NCBI GenBank assembly: GCA_030704615.1
Contig: CM060734.1
Coordinates: 36,332,001 to 36,396,000 of the forward strand
Direction of reading: 5' to 3'
Length of the DNA stretch: 64,000 nt
Source: Takakia lepidozioides
Taxonomy: Eukaryota > Plantae > Bryophyta
Below are positions 60,607 to 64,000 of this stretch, piece by piece. The notes below the pieces were generated by a model. The model was not told the DNA's origin. It saw only the letters and a program-made list of their open reading frames with translations, and made no database searches. Within the stretch, counting starts at the first letter, position 1, and each line of letters begins with the position of its first letter. Made by a program: the position numbers and the translations under genes.

Positions 60607-61878
60607 TCATGGGGTCGATGATTTGTCTCCTTTTCTTAGCAGGTGGGGAGGTTGAAATCTGGTTGATCGCTGAGTCCCATTGTTGGTAGGAATGAACTTT
60701 CGCCTGCAGCAGGCTAGCATCCTGCAGAGGGATAGGGTGAAAGAAGGAGCTGTGTTGATGGTTGAGGGGAATCTGGTGGCGGGGAATAGTGGCTGGAGCA
60801 GATTTTTTAATAAGAAAGATCTTCCAGGCTCAGCTTGATTGTTGAGCTTTGTGTTCTTCTTGGCTTGCAGGCATTGTGCCTTGCGGTGCCTTGATTTTCC
60901 ACAGCAATAACAGGCCAAAGCCGACGTGTCCTCGGACACTTTAACTGAGAAGAAATTGCCCTGATTGTCGATAGGTAGCCTGATGAAAGCTGGTAATAAT
61001 TTGTCATTAGGTATGAGCACCACAATCTTGGCAAAACCATTCTCATGAGCCCTTGAGGAAATTGTTGCTCCCCTCCATTGTGGTCGTTGTCTCAGGTTTG
61101 AAAGACACATACTAGGATTGAAAACTGCCAAGCAACCAAGAAATGCTCCAAAGAAATTCCCAATCGCAGGAAGGCTGAATAAGTATTGATCGGGAATGTA
61201 AGGGAGCGATATGATCCTTGGACTCCAGATTTTGCCATTCCTGTTGCCCATGCATTTAGACCAAGGGAAAATGTTGACGTTGAGTCCATGCAGTTGAGGG
61301 TTGAACACGAGTGCTCTATCAGCTGCTTCCTTGGAGTCAAAGATGATGGAAAAGAATCCATTACCTCTAGCATGGCAGAAGTGATGAAGCAGGTCACCAG
61401 ATCCTCCAAAATGGCGAATTGCCCAATCCCTTGCTTGATTTCTGCTCACTCGTCTGCCTGGGAAGTGCAGAAGGACCCCTTTGGTTTCGATGTGCTCTAC
61501 ATCAGACTCTATCTGGCTGAGCTCCACTGGAACTAGCAGGTCATCTTCCTTCATAGCAAGCTGCAGGGCCTCCGCGTCACTGAGGGAATCTCCCGAATTG
61601 TCTGAAGGCGGGCTGTCTGGAACGGAAGACTGGAAGTCTGGGTTCCTTGTTGCATGAGATCCCTGGTAGGTGGGCAAAGAGGGGAGTCCCAAAGCATCGT
61701 GGACTGAGGAATGAGGTCTCTTAGCTGAACGATGGGAGATGAGTCCCATGGAGTGATTTTGATGTGCTATGAAGAAGCCAGTTCCAGTCGAGGGGTGGAG
61801 CCAACGGGGATCTGTGAACCTTGGAGGCCCCGATCTGGCTGGAGCAGAGCTGAAAGCTTTGTTGAGAAAAGGTGCCAT
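60607..61878 (-). CDS. L1 ORF1 (RRM/DUF4283-like plus CCHC knuckle); probably continued to about 59600 before frameshifts
   Basis: GNGFFSIIFDSKEAADRAL (RRM-like) and CYCCGKSRHRKAQC. First ATG inside the element is at 61878. Confidence 0.75.
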   Translation of the reverse strand: MAPFLNKAFSSAPARSGPPRFTDPRWLHPSTGTGFFIAHQNHSMGLISHRSAKRPHSSVHDALGLPSLPTYQGSHATRNPDFQSSVPDSPPSDNSGDSLSDAEALQLAMKEDDLLVPVELSQIESDVEHIETKGVLLHFPGRRVSRNQARDWAIRHFGGSGDLLHHFCHARGNGFFSIIFDSKEAADRALVFNPQLHGLNVNIFPWSKCMGNRNGKIWSPRIISLPYIPDQYLFSLPAIGNFFGAFLGCLAVFNPSMCLSNLRQRPQWRGATISSRAHENGFAKIVVLIPNDKLLPAFIRLPIDNQGNFFSVKVSEDTSALACYCCGKSRHRKAQCLQAKKNTKLNNQAEPGRSFLLKNLLQPLFPATRFPSTINTAPSFTLSLCRMLACCRRKFIPTNNGTQRSTRFQPPHLLRKGDKSSTP

Positions 61879-61922
61879 AGAGGAAGAGGGAAAGATTGAG
61901 GTGAAAGAGTAGAAGGAGGGTA

Positions 61923-62330
61923 CACTACAACAGATGAGCGTTTTTATGACTGCACATATGACTATTTTTTCAGTCCTATATGCGTTCATGACTACATCAC
62001 TCTGTAGTGAAAAAAGCCATGTCATAGCGACTAGTCTTTAGGACTGCATTTTGCAAGTCATAGCCGTGACTGCGTGCGTGGCACCTGGAGTCATGCATAA
62101 GAGAGTGATGTAGTTACAACTCTATGACTTACATATGACTAACTATATGACTACATTGTCTGATGAGCGTTGCCTACATGGAGAGGCTTTAGAGGAACAC
62201 GTGCACCACTGCACAAGTGACACGTCACGACACCTGTTGCACTTCAGATGTGACATGTGGCACTTAGACATAATATATGACTAGCATATATGGCAGGGTT
62301 TATGCCACGTGTCATCAAGAATGTCTCTGA
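61923..62330 (+). mobile_element. CACTA left terminus with ATGACT/AGTCAT subterminal repeats
   Basis: CACTACAACAGATG at 61923 followed by many atgact/agtcat motifs. Right end not found. Confidence 0.65.
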
Positions 62331-62789
62331 AAATAATTTAATAGTTATATTTGTAATTTTAAATTCTTAAATTTATATTTTATTTTTGAAAACAGGGGAT
62401 AGCAGCTTGGAAAATTTTAAATGGTATTATTGTTTAATTTAATAATATTATACAAATAAAAATAGATTAAATGATTTAAACTCTTCATTACATGGTGAAA
62501 TTCTGATATAAAAACAGGATGGACCCCTCTTGCATACCAGCAACCACAAGGACATTCAAAATAGACAAATACAGGGGAATACATACCGTGTAAATTATAT
62601 TACAAAAATCCAAATGAGACCAATGTCCCAATGGACACCTCAAAGGCCACAAGGTCCAAAAATCCATGCCTGAAAAGGTTCAGTAAGCAAAAAATAAGCA
62701 AGCCCACACATGGGCTGAATTGTTGTAATACTAGTTTGTTCTGGTGCTACTAGAATCAAGGACCCTGTTAAACAGTGCAATACTTACGG

Positions 62790-63043
62790 CCGATTTGATA
62801 AGAGGGAAAAACAGGGTGAAATGTGTTGAAGAAGGTGCCTTGATTAACAGTGCCTGATTTGATCAATTGTGCTGCTGCTGCTGCGGCTTCCAGTTGACCA
62901 TCTACCCATGCAGGTTTCTTGTACCTATCCTTCCACATGGAATCATAGGTAATATGGAGCTTGAAATCCGGCCCTCTTGGATGAATCTGGACCCACACAT
63001 CTATCCCTGTTCCTTCAGCTATCCATGCCCCTGCACAAATCAT
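62790..63043 (-). pseudogene. PPR leader-module fragment
   Basis: VWVQIHPRGPDFK...PAWVDGQLEAAA..QLIKSG matches 45038-45180. A partial copy lies at 63380-63490. Confidence 0.7.
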
Positions 63044-63669
63044 GCATACATCCTCGCCTTGCTGCTAGCAGCTGACAATGACAGCCTAGAATTGCTTGAG
63101 CAAACACCCCAACCCTACTTATCACACTAGTTCCTATGCTGACTTGCGTCTGCTTCCAACAGACATTCACCTTTTGCCTCGATTGTTCCACCATTGACTG
63201 AGGTCGGGATCGTATTCATCCTAGAGCTTCTCCTCGAGTCTCTGTTATATATTTATTGATACTTTCATGTCGACCACATTGGCAGTAACATGTCAAAATC
63301 ACTCCAAAACTACCATAGATCCACCAACGAGCTAACTTGTAGAATTCAACATTAAAATTTAGGGACGACTCTGATAGCAGGGGAAAACAAGGTGAAATAT
63401 GTTGAAGAAGGTACCTTCATTAGCAGCGCCTTGTTTTATGAATTGTGCTGTTGCCGCTGCTGTTTCCAGTTGACCATCTACCCACTTGTAGCCGCTGTGA
63501 GATGTGCGCAAGGTGCGATTCCTAGTCTTCTATGCTCTCCTTGATTTGTGATGCGATGTCTCATGTTTCTCGCAGAAAACTGTATCTGTAATCAAGTGGC
63601 CGGTGTCGCAAATACTTTTCGTGCCTGTCATGGTTTGAATCCTTTGAATCGTAGTGATGAGTTCGGCCG

Positions 63670-64000
63670 TGCCCCCTTCCCCCATCATTTGATCATAGGT
63701 CTCCATACCATGTCCCTGCTCTGCATACCCTGCAAGCATCGCGTTCCATGACACCACATCTCGTTCAACCATAGTGTTGAAAACTCCCTTCGCATCCTTA
63801 ATGCACCCACATTTCGCATACATGTCCACCAGTGTAGTGTTCAGAATGACATCTGGTTCTCTCTCTCACACCCCCCTCTCTCTCTGTTCTGCTCTACATA
63901 CAAAAGGGTCCATCTCTTGCCTGTAAGCGTCCAGCTCTGACGATGTCACCATGCACCTCTTTGCCCTTTTCCAGGGCTGCCAGGCTTGCACACGCACTGC
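63670..64000 (-). pseudogene. PLS-PPR fragment, interrupted and 3'-truncated; runs off the window end
   Basis: VDMYAKCGCIKDAKGVFNTMVERDVVSWNAMLAGY and ACASLAALEKGKEVH near 63950-64000, with a short unrelated insert between them. Confidence 0.85.

Larger units (their letters stand above)
54293..61922 (-). mobile_element. Near full-length degenerate L1-clade LINE
   Basis: ORF1 with zinc knuckle plus ORF2 with endonuclease, RT and zf-RVT motifs in order. Minus-strand AATAAA at 54320-54325. Confidence 0.92.

Noticed and set aside
61879-62025. N-terminal 49 codons of the 472-aa ORF as part of L1 ORF1
   Set aside because: Most of this stretch lies in the adjacent CACTA terminus (from 61923); the ATG at 61878 is the likelier start.

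Overview
Repeat-rich nuclear DNA of a land plant, most likely a non-seed lineage (intronless PLS-DYW PPR genes, GT-AG introns, a plastid trnP-trnW insertion, L1 and RTE/RTEX-like LINEs). Bases 1-41,000 are a nest of decayed DNA transposons and their cargo. They include two GCM-like (plus one SWIM) transposase-type remnants, a CACTA end with a Transposase_24-like gene, a hAT fragment, two RING-H2 genes, and a spliced gene fusing a ParB/Srx-like domain to a beta-class N6A/N4C DNA-methyltransferase-like domain (33.5-38.75 kb). Two further remnants of that gene lie at 9.1-9.55 kb and 39.3-39.8 kb. All three paralogues have an array of long palindromes on the 5' side of the same exon; the arms are copy-specific but the CG-N4-CG centre is shared. 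This is the best candidate for an undescribed system. Bases 41,000-64,000 hold a cluster of PPR/DYW pseudogenes, the plastid insertion, a 2.16-kb TTAA-flanked TIR element carrying an intact fungal-like membrane-protein gene, a near full-length degenerate L1 and a CACTA left end. All family calls come from motif recognition by eye; no database search was run.
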